A program made the translations under genes and the position numbers. Shown here one piece after another: positions 12,361 through 21,352 of a DNA stretch of 64,000 bases. The number at the start of each line of letters is the position of its first letter. Positions within the stretch are counted from its first letter, which is position 1. The stretch is taken from the NCBI GenBank assembly GCA_032128875.1, contig JAVLKG010000002.1, positions 640,001 to 704,000 of the forward strand. Direction: 5' to 3'. This stretch comes from Candidatus Melainabacteria bacterium 17Bon1m. GTDB taxonomy: Bacteria; Cyanobacteriota; Vampirovibrionia; Obscuribacterales; Obscuribacteraceae. Below the pieces are notes generated by a model, which had not been told where the DNA came from, did not search any database, and saw nothing but the letters and a program-made list of their open reading frames with translations.

Positions 12361-14526
12361 TCAAACGTTGGCAGTCCACAGAGCATTCTTCTCTGGTATG
12401 CCATTATCTTCCCGCAAACCATAACCGGCAAGGGCTGCTTTGAGAATAGATTTTCCATTAACCTTCAGCTCCAGACCGACGACTCCCAGCGATTCGCACA
12501 TTCGAGCCTCCGTCTCAATCGTCCAATTGACTAATCCGAAGAGGAGTTTTGTTTTGTTTTCCCCCTTTTGGATCCATGTGTGTGATTCTGGATCCCAGTC
12601 GCGCCGATAACTAAAACGCAAACCTGGCTCAAAAGTTTTCAAAAGAGACCACAAGAATTTTGATGGGCCACTTGCAGGCAAAAGCCTTTTGGGCAGAAGG
12701 TCCTCCCATACGACTACACCCTCAACGAGCGGTGTAAGCCCAAGCGACATGATAAATGCGTCTAAAAGCAAATCTCCGGAACCTTGTCGATTGAAACACG
12801 CAAATAAGTCGTCAGAGCATAAGAAAGAAACGGTGGCATTGTTCTTCCCTTGCAAGTAAAACTGACCGTTCAAATCTAGGTTCACCTCTATTCTGCGCAC
12901 TTCGTCGCCTATTTCAAATTCATGTCGACAACCGACCGATAATCGCAGGGCGCGTTTTAATGCCGCATTGCAAGTAGGTTGACTAACCGATTGCAGCTCG
13001 TCAGGCTGGCAGAATAGCGAGAATGATCTCTTGTCGTTATTTGCATTTGCTGAATGAATCACGCCGGAAAGATGAAACGGAACAGTTCGACTGCCAAGCA
13101 CAAATGTTTCTTGCACGTGCATGTGTAAATGCGGCTGCGGCGAGCGGCCAGAGTTTCCCACCATAGCAAGAACCTGTCCGGGTGCCACCCAAGAGTTGAG
13201 AGCGACCTTTACGCTGTCTTTCTGCAGATGTGCGAGTAAGACATATGCTCCGGTAGTGATCTGAATGAGAATGAAGTTTCCCCAGTTATTAACAGTGTCT
13301 ACCTCACCGACAATGTTATCGGAGAGTGACGAAACGAATGCCACCACTCGCCCAAAACATGGTGACAAAACAGGCTTGCCATAAGCATAATAGTCTTCTA
13401 AATTGCGACCGTTGTCTTTGTAGCTCATCCCGTCCGCGGTTACGAAAAAGTCTAAAGCATGTTTCCACGCGGCCTGATGCGTATAGCTTCCGTCAAAGCC
13501 TTGATAAATACTCCACGAGCCGGAGAATGGAGCTTTTAATGAGATGCTGGTATCACTTAAACCTCTTGCGAGAGCTAAGCTCTTTTCTTCGATCGTCTTT
13601 TCCGGAAGCGCTGGTAAACGCAGCCAGAAATTGGTCCAGGGTCCGCCACGATAAGGCGCTAATGCAATCAGCACACCATATGTGGTGAGGACGAAAGGAG
13701 TTGCAAGAGCAGGTAACGATTCAATTGATAGTAGGCGCTCTACGCTCATTGACAATATTGCGCACAGTCCTGAAGCAACGAGAGCTACTGTTATGCTGCG
13801 TCTGCCGGGTGTTGTGTAGAGTCCGCCAATAACTGCACCAGTGAGCACCGCATTCATCTGTGCAATCAAGAAGGATATGGTGCCGGGGTAAAAACCTAAA
13901 CCAATTAAAACCAGATGTGAAATGGCGCAAGTTGCTGCTGCAATAAATGCAAGACAGGGAGAACCAATAAAAAACGCCAGGAACACAAGCAATCCACCAG
14001 TTGCGGTTCCATGAAAGTAAACGGAACCTAGTGGAGATAAGAATTTCAATGGGGTTTCTGTAAGCGGTAAACAGTCAAATACGATATTTGGCAGCGATGC
14101 TGGAATGCAAACCGTTGCCATCATAGGCAGCAACAAAAATGCGCACACTACATACGGCAGACCCAGCAATGGCAATCTAAAGTAGTGGCAGATTGTATCT
14201 CTCAAAATTGCACTTACGGCTACGATCAGCACGCAACCGACCGCAAGGAATACCATTACTTTTGCATCAACGAAGTATGTCGAACCCAGCAGCATTCCTA
14301 AAAGGATGCCATTTACGATTTCGACAGACTCATCCCATTTAGGAAGCTCGAGCAATTGTCTGATAAGAATTACCGTCGCACCGCCAAGGGCGCCCATCAA
14401 TCCAACCACTGGATTGAGCATAGTCGTTGTGAACAGCAATAAGTTCGTAGCTGGTTCTCTTAGCGCAAAAAAGGCACCATATCCAGACAGCAAACGTTTT
14501 AGAATTTCTACAACAGCTCGTATCAA
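12361..14526 (-). CDS. Urea-transporter-like membrane domain fused to an M23 peptidase domain
   Basis: Multi-TM N-half with UT-like motifs (NGILLG, LPYV, NAVLTG, TPFV); M23 motifs H..(HALDF), GNFILI, AHLQ, GNSGRSPQPHLH. Confidence 0.75.
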   Translation of the reverse strand: MIRAVVEILKRLLSGYGAFFALREPATNLLLFTTTMLNPVVGLMGALGGATVILIRQLLELPKWDESVEIVNGILLGMLLGSTYFVDAKVMVFLAVGCVLIVAVSAILRDTICHYFRLPLLGLPYVVCAFLLLPMMATVCIPASLPNIVFDCLPLTETPLKFLSPLGSVYFHGTATGGLLVFLAFFIGSPCLAFIAAATCAISHLVLIGLGFYPGTISFLIAQMNAVLTGAVIGGLYTTPGRRSITVALVASGLCAILSMSVERLLSIESLPALATPFVLTTYGVLIALAPYRGGPWTNFWLRLPALPEKTIEEKSLALARGLSDTSISLKAPFSGSWSIYQGFDGSYTHQAAWKHALDFFVTADGMSYKDNGRNLEDYYAYGKPVLSPCFGRVVAFVSSLSDNIVGEVDTVNNWGNFILIQITTGAYVLLAHLQKDSVKVALNSWVAPGQVLAMVGNSGRSPQPHLHMHVQETFVLGSRTVPFHLSGVIHSANANNDKRSFSLFCQPDELQSVSQPTCNAALKRALRLSVGCRHEFEIGDEVRRIEVNLDLNGQFYLQGKNNATVSFLCSDDLFACFNRQGSGDLLLDAFIMSLGLTPLVEGVVVWEDLLPKRLLPASGPSKFLWSLLKTFEPGLRFSYRRDWDPESHTWIQKGENKTKLLFGLVNWTIETEARMCESLGVVGLELKVNGKSILKAALAGYGLREDNGIPEKNALWTANV

Positions 14527-14529
14527 TAT

Positions 14530-15969
14530 CTAACTCCTGCGAGCGCTTGTGCCACCGTTAAGCATCCGAGCCATCGCCGATGTGTCGGGAAAAGGCATTG
14601 AAAGATGTTCTGGCAGTCTGTCTTGTTGCATCATGACTGACAAGTCTTCACACATTCTGATGACTGAGCATTCACCGTTTTCGTGAACCAATACAACGTT
14701 TGGGCGATACTCAATAAATTGCATCCATTGAGTATTGTTGTACGCACCTACGGGACTGAAGACTAAGTTGTCTCCTTGTGAAAGTGGTGGCAGCTGAACG
14801 CTGTGTCGCATTACATCGATGTTCATGCAGAGCGGGCCGTAGAGCACCGTGTCCGCCACTGTCCCTTCTGAAGGTTTTGTTGTGTGTACCTGGTGGTTGT
14901 ACCAATAAGCGGTAAACAGCAAGTTTGTTCCGGCATCGAGAATTGCTGCACGTCGCCCGTCTAACAAACGCTTCGTTCCGACGACGCTGCATATCAGCGA
15001 CTGCGCATCATCGATGATGGCGCGACCACTTTCGAATATTAGTCTCGGTAATTCGCGTCCGATTTGACGTCTGTATTGCGTTCCTTCCAGAAGTGCAGTG
15101 CAAATAGCATCGGCGTATTCGTTGATGGATGGGACTACTTGCTCCGGAGGCAGATAAACACTTTGAAGTGCATTTTGAGACGCGAAGCCTCCACCGATGT
15201 CTATGGTATCAATGCAAAAGTCTTCATTACTTTCCAGCTCGCGCATGAATTTGCACATGATACGAACTTGTTCTGCATAAGCGCGAGGTTCTAAAATAAA
15301 GGTTCCGATGTGGCTGTGCAGACCTGTAAGATTTAGGTGGCTGCTGAGCGCAATCATTTTTGCTGCCTGATGAGCTTGCCCACTTTCTATATTGAAGCCA
15401 AACCGGCTCCATGGCTCAGTGTAGCCAGTGTCGAAGTTGAGCCGCAGAACCACAGGCACAACCTTGTCCTGCTCTTTTGCAACGTTCTCGATCAACTGTA
15501 ATTCGTCAAGATGGTCGACGTGGATTTGTGCACCTTCGGCGACCGCGCGTTCGATGATGAATTTGGGCTTGTTTGGACCATTGAAAATGATTTTGTTGGC
15601 TGGAACACCTAGGGCCCGCGCCTTCTCATATTCGAATGCAGAAACAACTTCTGCCCATGACCCTTCTTGGTGCATTATGTTGCAGACGGCGCTGATGTAG
15701 TTGGTTTTGTACGACCACCCGTGGACAACAGATCCATATCGCCTCTCAAATGCTTTTTTTGTATTCCTCAAATTGGTGCGTATCTGTTTTTCTGATGTAA
15801 CAAATAAAGGTGAACCAAATCGTCTCAGTAACTCGACTACGGGAACACCGTATACTGATGATTTGCTGTTGTCGTGCAAGCGAGCCCTGCCAAACTTATT
15901 GATCTCGCCCATTCGGTGCGGCTGAATGAAAGGCGGTTCCCACACAAGTTTTTTTGTGTCGTTGTTCAT
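14530..15969 (-). CDS. PLP-dependent fold-type III decarboxylase (diaminopimelate decarboxylase-like, non-canonical)
   Basis: SYKTN (PLP lysine), IIFNGPNK, HSHIGT, IDIGGGF, ESGR, GPLCMNID, VGAY. Confidence 0.85.
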   Translation of the reverse strand: MNNDTKKLVWEPPFIQPHRMGEINKFGRARLHDNSKSSVYGVPVVELLRRFGSPLFVTSEKQIRTNLRNTKKAFERRYGSVVHGWSYKTNYISAVCNIMHQEGSWAEVVSAFEYEKARALGVPANKIIFNGPNKPKFIIERAVAEGAQIHVDHLDELQLIENVAKEQDKVVPVVLRLNFDTGYTEPWSRFGFNIESGQAHQAAKMIALSSHLNLTGLHSHIGTFILEPRAYAEQVRIMCKFMRELESNEDFCIDTIDIGGGFASQNALQSVYLPPEQVVPSINEYADAICTALLEGTQYRRQIGRELPRLIFESGRAIIDDAQSLICSVVGTKRLLDGRRAAILDAGTNLLFTAYWYNHQVHTTKPSEGTVADTVLYGPLCMNIDVMRHSVQLPPLSQGDNLVFSPVGAYNNTQWMQFIEYRPNVVLVHENGECSVIRMCEDLSVMMQQDRLPEHLSMPFPDTSAMARMLNGGTSARRS

Positions 15970-16004
15970 GTTTGAAAAATTGCTCCAATATTTTTTTTGA
16001 AATT

Positions 16005-17120
16005 TTAGGCAGACCGAATTATTTGGTCTTGCACCATTTGCGGTGCTAGTCTGCCTTCAGTTAATACTGTCTCAAATTCAGGCAGCGTTACAATGAGTTC
16101 TTGTGCGTGCCGGATGAAGAATGTCCCTGAGGTTGGCTCTGACAATTCCAGCTGGGTAGCTCCAGAAAGCAGCTTCAATACTGCAACCGGTAGATTTCTT
16201 CCAACGGCGTGACTTAAATAAATCCAGGAAGGAAATCTTGGGTTTATTTCTATAAGGTAGATTTTGCCGTCATAGCCTTTGATTACTTCGACCTCTAGCG
16301 GCCCTCGCCAACTCAGTGCACCAACAATCTTTTCTGCGACCTTTGTCAGTCCATCGTCAACGATACTTACACCTGCCCAAGCCTTTCCTTTCTCTGTCAA
16401 CGCCTTCTTCCGCATGGTTACAGCGCCAAGCATGTTTCCTTTTCCGTCGCCTACTGCCGCTAAATTGAGTTCATCGCCGATTACAAGTTTTTGCACCAAA
16501 ACCGGATAACCCCAAGTTGATACCAGTTTTGCAAAAATCGTTTTTGCTTCGAATGCTGAATGCACGACATAGGCATCATAGAAAAGCCCTTTCACGATGA
16601 GTGGATATTTCCATCCTTCTTTTTCGCAACTGTCGAAAAATGAAGGATTACTCAAAGCCTTACTTTCTGGGGCGTGTACATCTATTGATTCACAGAAGGT
16701 TCTCAGATGATTCTTCGCACGCAGATTGAATTGATCTCGAGTCGGAATCAACATAGAAATTCCCATCAATTGCAATTCGCTTTTTAGGCGCCCAAAATTC
16801 TGTAGTTCAGAATCCAGGCACGGAATAATTGCATCGAGTCCTTCCGCTCGATGAATTTGCGCGAGGCGATACAGCAGCGCTTCTTCTCCCTCTGACGGGT
16901 ACGGAATCAGGTAACTGTTGTTACATAGATGCCGGGCATAAAGCCCGGCATCCAGTGCGTCGTATCCCAACCCAATAATCGAACCTTTAAATTGAGGGTG
17001 TTCTTGAATGCATCGTGCAACCGCGCAGCCCGGACCCGGGTTTTCCGCCCGAGCATTGATGCCTGTCACTGCCACTTTACAGTTTTGCCAACTCTTGCCC
17101 TTCTGGCGCGTTGCCTTCAT
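16005..17120 (-). CDS. ATP-grasp ligase (CarB/PylC-like)
   Basis: PLIVKG, VLVQK, GPLEVEV, LIEINPRF; ATGA overlap with the upstream PqqD-like gene. Confidence 0.85.
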   Translation of the reverse strand: MKATRQKGKSWQNCKVAVTGINARAENPGPGCAVARCIQEHPQFKGSIIGLGYDALDAGLYARHLCNNSYLIPYPSEGEEALLYRLAQIHRAEGLDAIIPCLDSELQNFGRLKSELQLMGISMLIPTRDQFNLRAKNHLRTFCESIDVHAPESKALSNPSFFDSCEKEGWKYPLIVKGLFYDAYVVHSAFEAKTIFAKLVSTWGYPVLVQKLVIGDELNLAAVGDGKGNMLGAVTMRKKALTEKGKAWAGVSIVDDGLTKVAEKIVGALSWRGPLEVEVIKGYDGKIYLIEINPRFPSWIYLSHAVGRNLPVAVLKLLSGATQLELSEPTSGTFFIRHAQELIVTLPEFETVLTEGRLAPQMVQDQIIRSA

Positions 17121-17389
17121 AGATATCTCCCAAGTTGCAGTATGAATGCTTCAACGCTGCTGGATGCAATTTCTGCAGGAATACCGCAGCGGTCTGCCAG
17201 TGAATTAGAGGCAACGTCCAGCGTACTGCCGCGCTTGAGCAAATCGAGCACTATCAAGCCAGTCGGGTTAACCGAGAAACTTTGTCCTGTCTGCGGGTCA
17301 AAAATAAAACCTGTTTCGCTAACAGCCAGTTGCGAGAGTCGCTCTCTCGACGGCACTTTCCCGCCTGTGCGACTCAGCAGTTCTTCCAT
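17117..17389 (-). CDS. Stand-alone PqqD-family / RRE-like small protein
   Basis: LAVSETGFIFDPQTGQSFSVNPTGLIVLDLL...VEAFILQL fits the PqqD-like three-strand/three-helix pattern; GGAGG upstream of ATG 17389. Confidence 0.8.
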   Translation of the reverse strand: MEELLSRTGGKVPSRERLSQLAVSETGFIFDPQTGQSFSVNPTGLIVLDLLKRGSTLDVASNSLADRCGIPAEIASSSVEAFILQLGRYL

Positions 17390-17513
17390 CACCAGTTTTA
17401 CCTCCAGTGAAAGTGAAGCGCCTTCCACACTCGCATCTTAGTAGGCGAGCATGGAGAGAGGATGGAAAATATGGAGGGATTGTGGAGGCGGTGGTTTGAT
17501 GTCGGAAACTGCG

Positions 17514-18305
17514 TTAACCCGCTGGTACTTCGGCGGTGTTTGCAGGTTTGTCTTTCAGTGCCAGAAACAGTGCGACTAGCCCTGCTCCCGGCACTATGAA
17601 GCCGGCTGCATTAATAACCAGGATTATCCATTTTTTGGAAGTATTTCCCTTAAGAGCCAACAGAGTCGGTAGGAAGAAAGAGCCGATATACATAAGGAAG
17701 TAGAACATTGCGAACGCATAGCCAAGCGGCTCGCTGCCTGTGAGGATGATGATGCCCGGCGCAGCGACTGCAGCTATGCCGCCAATTACTCCGACCGCCA
17801 GCATGAGCTTAACCAGTCCCCACTTCTTGACGCAGGCAGCCAAAATTGCGCCGGTTATAAGCATCAGTGCCGAGCATACGCCTAAAAGCTCGGCTACCCA
17901 GCCAAGAGCTTCTTTCTTTTTGGAAGGGTCACTCAGGTCTTTAATTAGTGATTGAGTGGCTTTGTCAGCCTCTGAGGCATTCTCTGCTTCTGATGAGTCC
18001 TCTGTTCCAGAAGACTTCTCGGTCCCAGAAACTTTTTCTGTTCCAGAAGTCTTTGCTGGTTCAGAAGCGTTCTCCGGTTTTGCCGCATTTTCGGTGGTAG
18101 GGCTGGTAGCTTCTTTTGACTTTTCTGAGGCAGTCGGAGGTTCAGCGCAAACCGGCGACGGCAGAAAAACAAAGCCGGCTAAGCATAAGCAAACAAACAT
18201 CCGTAAAAACAGTGCCATATATTTAGCTCCAAGCTCGCCCACAATCGAGAATATAGCACTGCTGGGCTCTATTTTTTGAACCGGTTTGACGACAATTGTG
18301 TCCAC
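17514..18305 (-). CDS. Membrane protein with acidic repeat linker and C-terminal superinfection-immunity (Imm_superinfect)-like segment
   Basis: Signal peptide, ExxS(G/E)(T/A) repeats, several TMs, C-terminal FFLPTLLAL...KWIILVIN...ALFLAL; likely start is the internal MALFLR. Confidence 0.6.
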   Translation of the reverse strand: MDTIVVKPVQKIEPSSAIFSIVGELGAKYMALFLRMFVCLCLAGFVFLPSPVCAEPPTASEKSKEATSPTTENAAKPENASEPAKTSGTEKVSGTEKSSGTEDSSEAENASEADKATQSLIKDLSDPSKKKEALGWVAELLGVCSALMLITGAILAACVKKWGLVKLMLAVGVIGGIAAVAAPGIIILTGSEPLGYAFAMFYFLMYIGSFFLPTLLALKGNTSKKWIILVINAAGFIVPGAGLVALFLALKDKPANTAEVPAG

Positions 18306-18609
18306 GTGAGACTTTGGAATTTGACTGATTCAATTGAACTTTTTCAGTGGATTCGTCGTCTCTATAAAAGGACAACAAAATAGACGCGTTGGTCTGCTTG
18401 CAGGTCCGTAGTGGGGAGAAACTATCATCCTGCTGGTGGACTAGCGCGTCTAAATTTTAAAGGGTCGTTCGTCAGTTGGAACGTCGCGACAGGGGTTTTC
18501 CCTATGGAATTTAGGAACCTCCGTGGCTACAGTGGACCTGCGCACTTTTGCGTTTTTGTTCAACTTAGTAGTTTTTCAAACTGCTAAAACCCTTACCAGG
18601 AAAAATTAA

Positions 18610-19257
18610 ATGTATTGGAGAATCGGCATTGCCTTGATGCTGAGCGCGCTTGCGTTTGGAATTTGGATTGCCTCACTGCAGCCCGGCACTGGCAGAGATG
18701 AGTTCTTTTGGCAATGTATGGCAAGCAACGACCATATCTTTCGGAGATTTTGGCCGCAATTTCTTTGGCTTACAATCCCGAGCTTGCTGTTGGCGGTGTG
18801 GCCATTTGCTATCTCTGTACCCGGCGTAAAAAGCAGTTTCAATAAAGCGTCTCAACTTAAGGCGTCCTTTTGGTTGTTTCTCGCCTTTGCATCTATTCCC
18901 CGCTTTTTCCCATGGTTAGCAATTGTCTTGCCTCAGCTAATTGCACAAGTATTTGCAGATCACTTCCCTCAGATCTACCACCACGGCACAACGTTTTGCG
19001 CGGTATGTGATCATACTCTCGCCGAGGATTTGAACATGATACTGCTGCCTTGTATGCAGGCAGTTTTGTGGGCTGCAGGTGTTGCGACAGGCGTGCTTCA
19101 ACTTTTGAAATCATCGAAGCCTGTTTCGAGGCTTAATTCAGCGAAAAGCTATTTGCCTGGCCTCAGCTATGCATGCCTTTTGATGGCTGTGGTCGTCGCC
19201 GATATAACCCAACGATATGTATGGGCTGAAGAGTGCATACACCAGGGATTTCACTGA
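18610..19257 (+). CDS. Hypothetical multi-pass membrane protein
   Basis: 215-aa ORF with 4-5 hydrophobic segments; AGGA upstream of the ATG. Confidence 0.65.
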   Translation: MYWRIGIALMLSALAFGIWIASLQPGTGRDEFFWQCMASNDHIFRRFWPQFLWLTIPSLLLAVWPFAISVPGVKSSFNKASQLKASFWLFLAFASIPRFFPWLAIVLPQLIAQVFADHFPQIYHHGTTFCAVCDHTLAEDLNMILLPCMQAVLWAAGVATGVLQLLKSSKPVSRLNSAKSYLPGLSYACLLMAVVVADITQRYVWAEECIHQGFH

Positions 19258-19426
19258 TGGCGGCCGGTGTTACGGCTGGTGGCATATGCAATAGACACCA
19301 AAGTCGAGTAAATCAAACCTGCCGTGACCATTTTGAAGCTGAGTCCAAGAGCTCTGGTGGCTCTTGCGATGATGGTGGCAGATCTTTTCAAACGAATTCT
19401 TTCTAGCTGAGACTACTAGAAGTGTA

Positions 19427-21076
19427 TCAGGTTGTCCGAGTAGTAGGAGTGCAAATCTCTGGCATTGGACCAAAGAATTGAGCCTTTGTTTTCTTGATTT
19501 TTAGTGCGCGCTGCGCTGCAATGCGGCCGCCTCTGATTGCTGACTCGGCTGCAGGTAGTCCGTGATAGCTGGAGTGCGCAAATGAGTAGCTGTTGGTTTG
19601 CGCGGCCAGGATCTTTTTCATTCTTTTGAAATAGTCCGGACCCGTCACGGCCATTGCATGCCCCCAGCGTGTGAGCTGTACTGTTTCAAGAGAGGCATCG
19701 AACTCTTTTCCGAGGATGCCTGCCAACTGTTTTCGCAATTGGAGTGAGAACCTATCGCGGTCTCCTTCGAGCAATAAGCCTCGCCCTTCGGAGCCGGCAA
19801 GATAAGGTTGGTAAACGGTCAATACCTGACCCATCTCTTTTCTGTAGTGACCGTTCAGGTCATATGCAGTGTTGGCGATAGTTATATCTGGGAATGAGTA
19901 TTTAGACGGCAGCCAGTTGTCGAAACTGCTATTGAACACCTTCTTGTTGAGAATGAAATTGCCGACCAGATAACTTCCATATCGGACCGCATACATTTGC
20001 GCTTTTTCTGGAACCTTGAGATTGACCATGCGAGTAGCAATCATTGGGGAAACAGCGATGATCGCGTGTTTGCAATTAACGCGGTGAAGATTTCCTGCCT
20101 TATCTTGGTAAACAACAGAAGCTCCATCATCCTTCAACGTTACATTCCAGACAAATGCATCTGTCACCATTCTTTGAGGCGTTTTTTGTTTAATGCTATT
20201 TGCAATCGCGCGTGTCAAGGCCGGGTTTCCGCCTTCGAGCAAGTAGCTTGGTATTACCAAGTCTTCAAGCACCGACAGACCTGCAAGAGCAGAGAGGTTG
20301 TTTGCGCCTCCGCAGGCCGAGGATTTCATAAATCCCTCGATCAAATCCATGAAAGGGGCACTGTATCCAGTGAGCATTGTTGAGAGCAAAACTTTGTCCA
20401 GTTTTTCTAATTCTGGTGTCAGCTCGGAAACGTACATAGTGGCATTTCCCATTTTTGACCAAACTGATTTCATTTCTGATCTCAGTCTTTTGAAATCTTT
20501 GTAGATTGCGTTGGTTCCACCATCGATGCCCTTGAGGAAACGCGCACCGTCCCACCACGCATTCTTTTCCGTGCCGATCTTAACCGGCTTCAGTTTCATA
20601 TCAGCGATGATTTGACCGACGTCCCCATCGATGTCAGTTAGGTATTGCGAGCCGTATGAATACCAGAGTCCGCGAGAATTAGAGCCGCGCGCGTTGCCAC
20701 CAGTTTCTTGATACTGTTCCAACAATAGATAGTCATGGTCTTTGAGATGATGCGCCGCAGTCAGCGCTGCCATGCCACCACCGATGATGACGAAGTCAAT
20801 GTTTCGCTCGCTTGCTTTAGGAAACCTCGGAATTTCAGAGTTTCTCAAACGATGGCCGAAAGTGAAGTCGTCGCCGGTCCAAGGAAGCAACTTAACGTCT
20901 GACTTTAGTTTGACTTCGCCCGCCAGCGCCTGCGAGCCTTGCAACATCGAAATTCCGCCCGATGCGCCCAGTCCACATAGCAAAACTGCGAGTTGTTGGA
21001 GAAACTCGCGCCTTGTCGTTTGTTCGTCGAAAGTCAAAACCTGCCCCTTGGCTAGCCGTCTGCTCGCGCCGCCCAC
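19427..21076 (-). CDS. Tat-exported FAD-dependent oxidoreductase (amine oxidase-like)
   Basis: TRREFL Tat motif, IIGGGMAA dinucleotide-binding motif, LLEQ..TGGNA, RWGHAM; start uncertain. Confidence 0.8.
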   Translation of the reverse strand: MGGASRRLAKGQVLTFDEQTTRREFLQQLAVLLCGLGASGGISMLQGSQALAGEVKLKSDVKLLPWTGDDFTFGHRLRNSEIPRFPKASERNIDFVIIGGGMAALTAAHHLKDHDYLLLEQYQETGGNARGSNSRGLWYSYGSQYLTDIDGDVGQIIADMKLKPVKIGTEKNAWWDGARFLKGIDGGTNAIYKDFKRLRSEMKSVWSKMGNATMYVSELTPELEKLDKVLLSTMLTGYSAPFMDLIEGFMKSSACGGANNLSALAGLSVLEDLVIPSYLLEGGNPALTRAIANSIKQKTPQRMVTDAFVWNVTLKDDGASVVYQDKAGNLHRVNCKHAIIAVSPMIATRMVNLKVPEKAQMYAVRYGSYLVGNFILNKKVFNSSFDNWLPSKYSFPDITIANTAYDLNGHYRKEMGQVLTVYQPYLAGSEGRGLLLEGDRDRFSLQLRKQLAGILGKEFDASLETVQLTRWGHAMAVTGPDYFKRMKKILAAQTNSYSFAHSSYHGLPAAESAIRGGRIAAQRALKIKKTKAQFFGPMPEICTPTTRTT

Positions 21077-21352
21077 CCGGGCCCGGACGCTTTCTGAAGG
21101 ACATTATATTCATTTTGGAAAAGTGTGCCGTCTCTTTCATGCCCCATTTAGTGGTTATTTCGCCGTTTCAAGGTTTGAAAGGGGGTTCAAATGAGCACGC
21201 CAATCTAAAACAATGTGGACAGTTTATCTATATATACGGCCTCTCGCTTTAGAATTTTCGCTTGCCGTCTTCTGCCGGGAACGCCTGGCTGGACTGAGTC
21301 AAACGGAGACGCGCTTGTGACGGCTATCGTTTCAAAGAAGGACGAACACAGG

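Noticed and set aside
12357-12458. ORF-track extended start of the BaeS-like kinase
   Set aside because: Overlaps the upstream gene by about 100 nt; ATG 12356 gives a normal TM-first kinase
17960-18120. S/T/E/K repeats as a graspetide precursor for the neighbouring ATP-grasp/RRE
   Set aside because: They follow a signal peptide in a multi-TM protein, and the ligase looks CarB/PylC-like rather than MvdC/D-like
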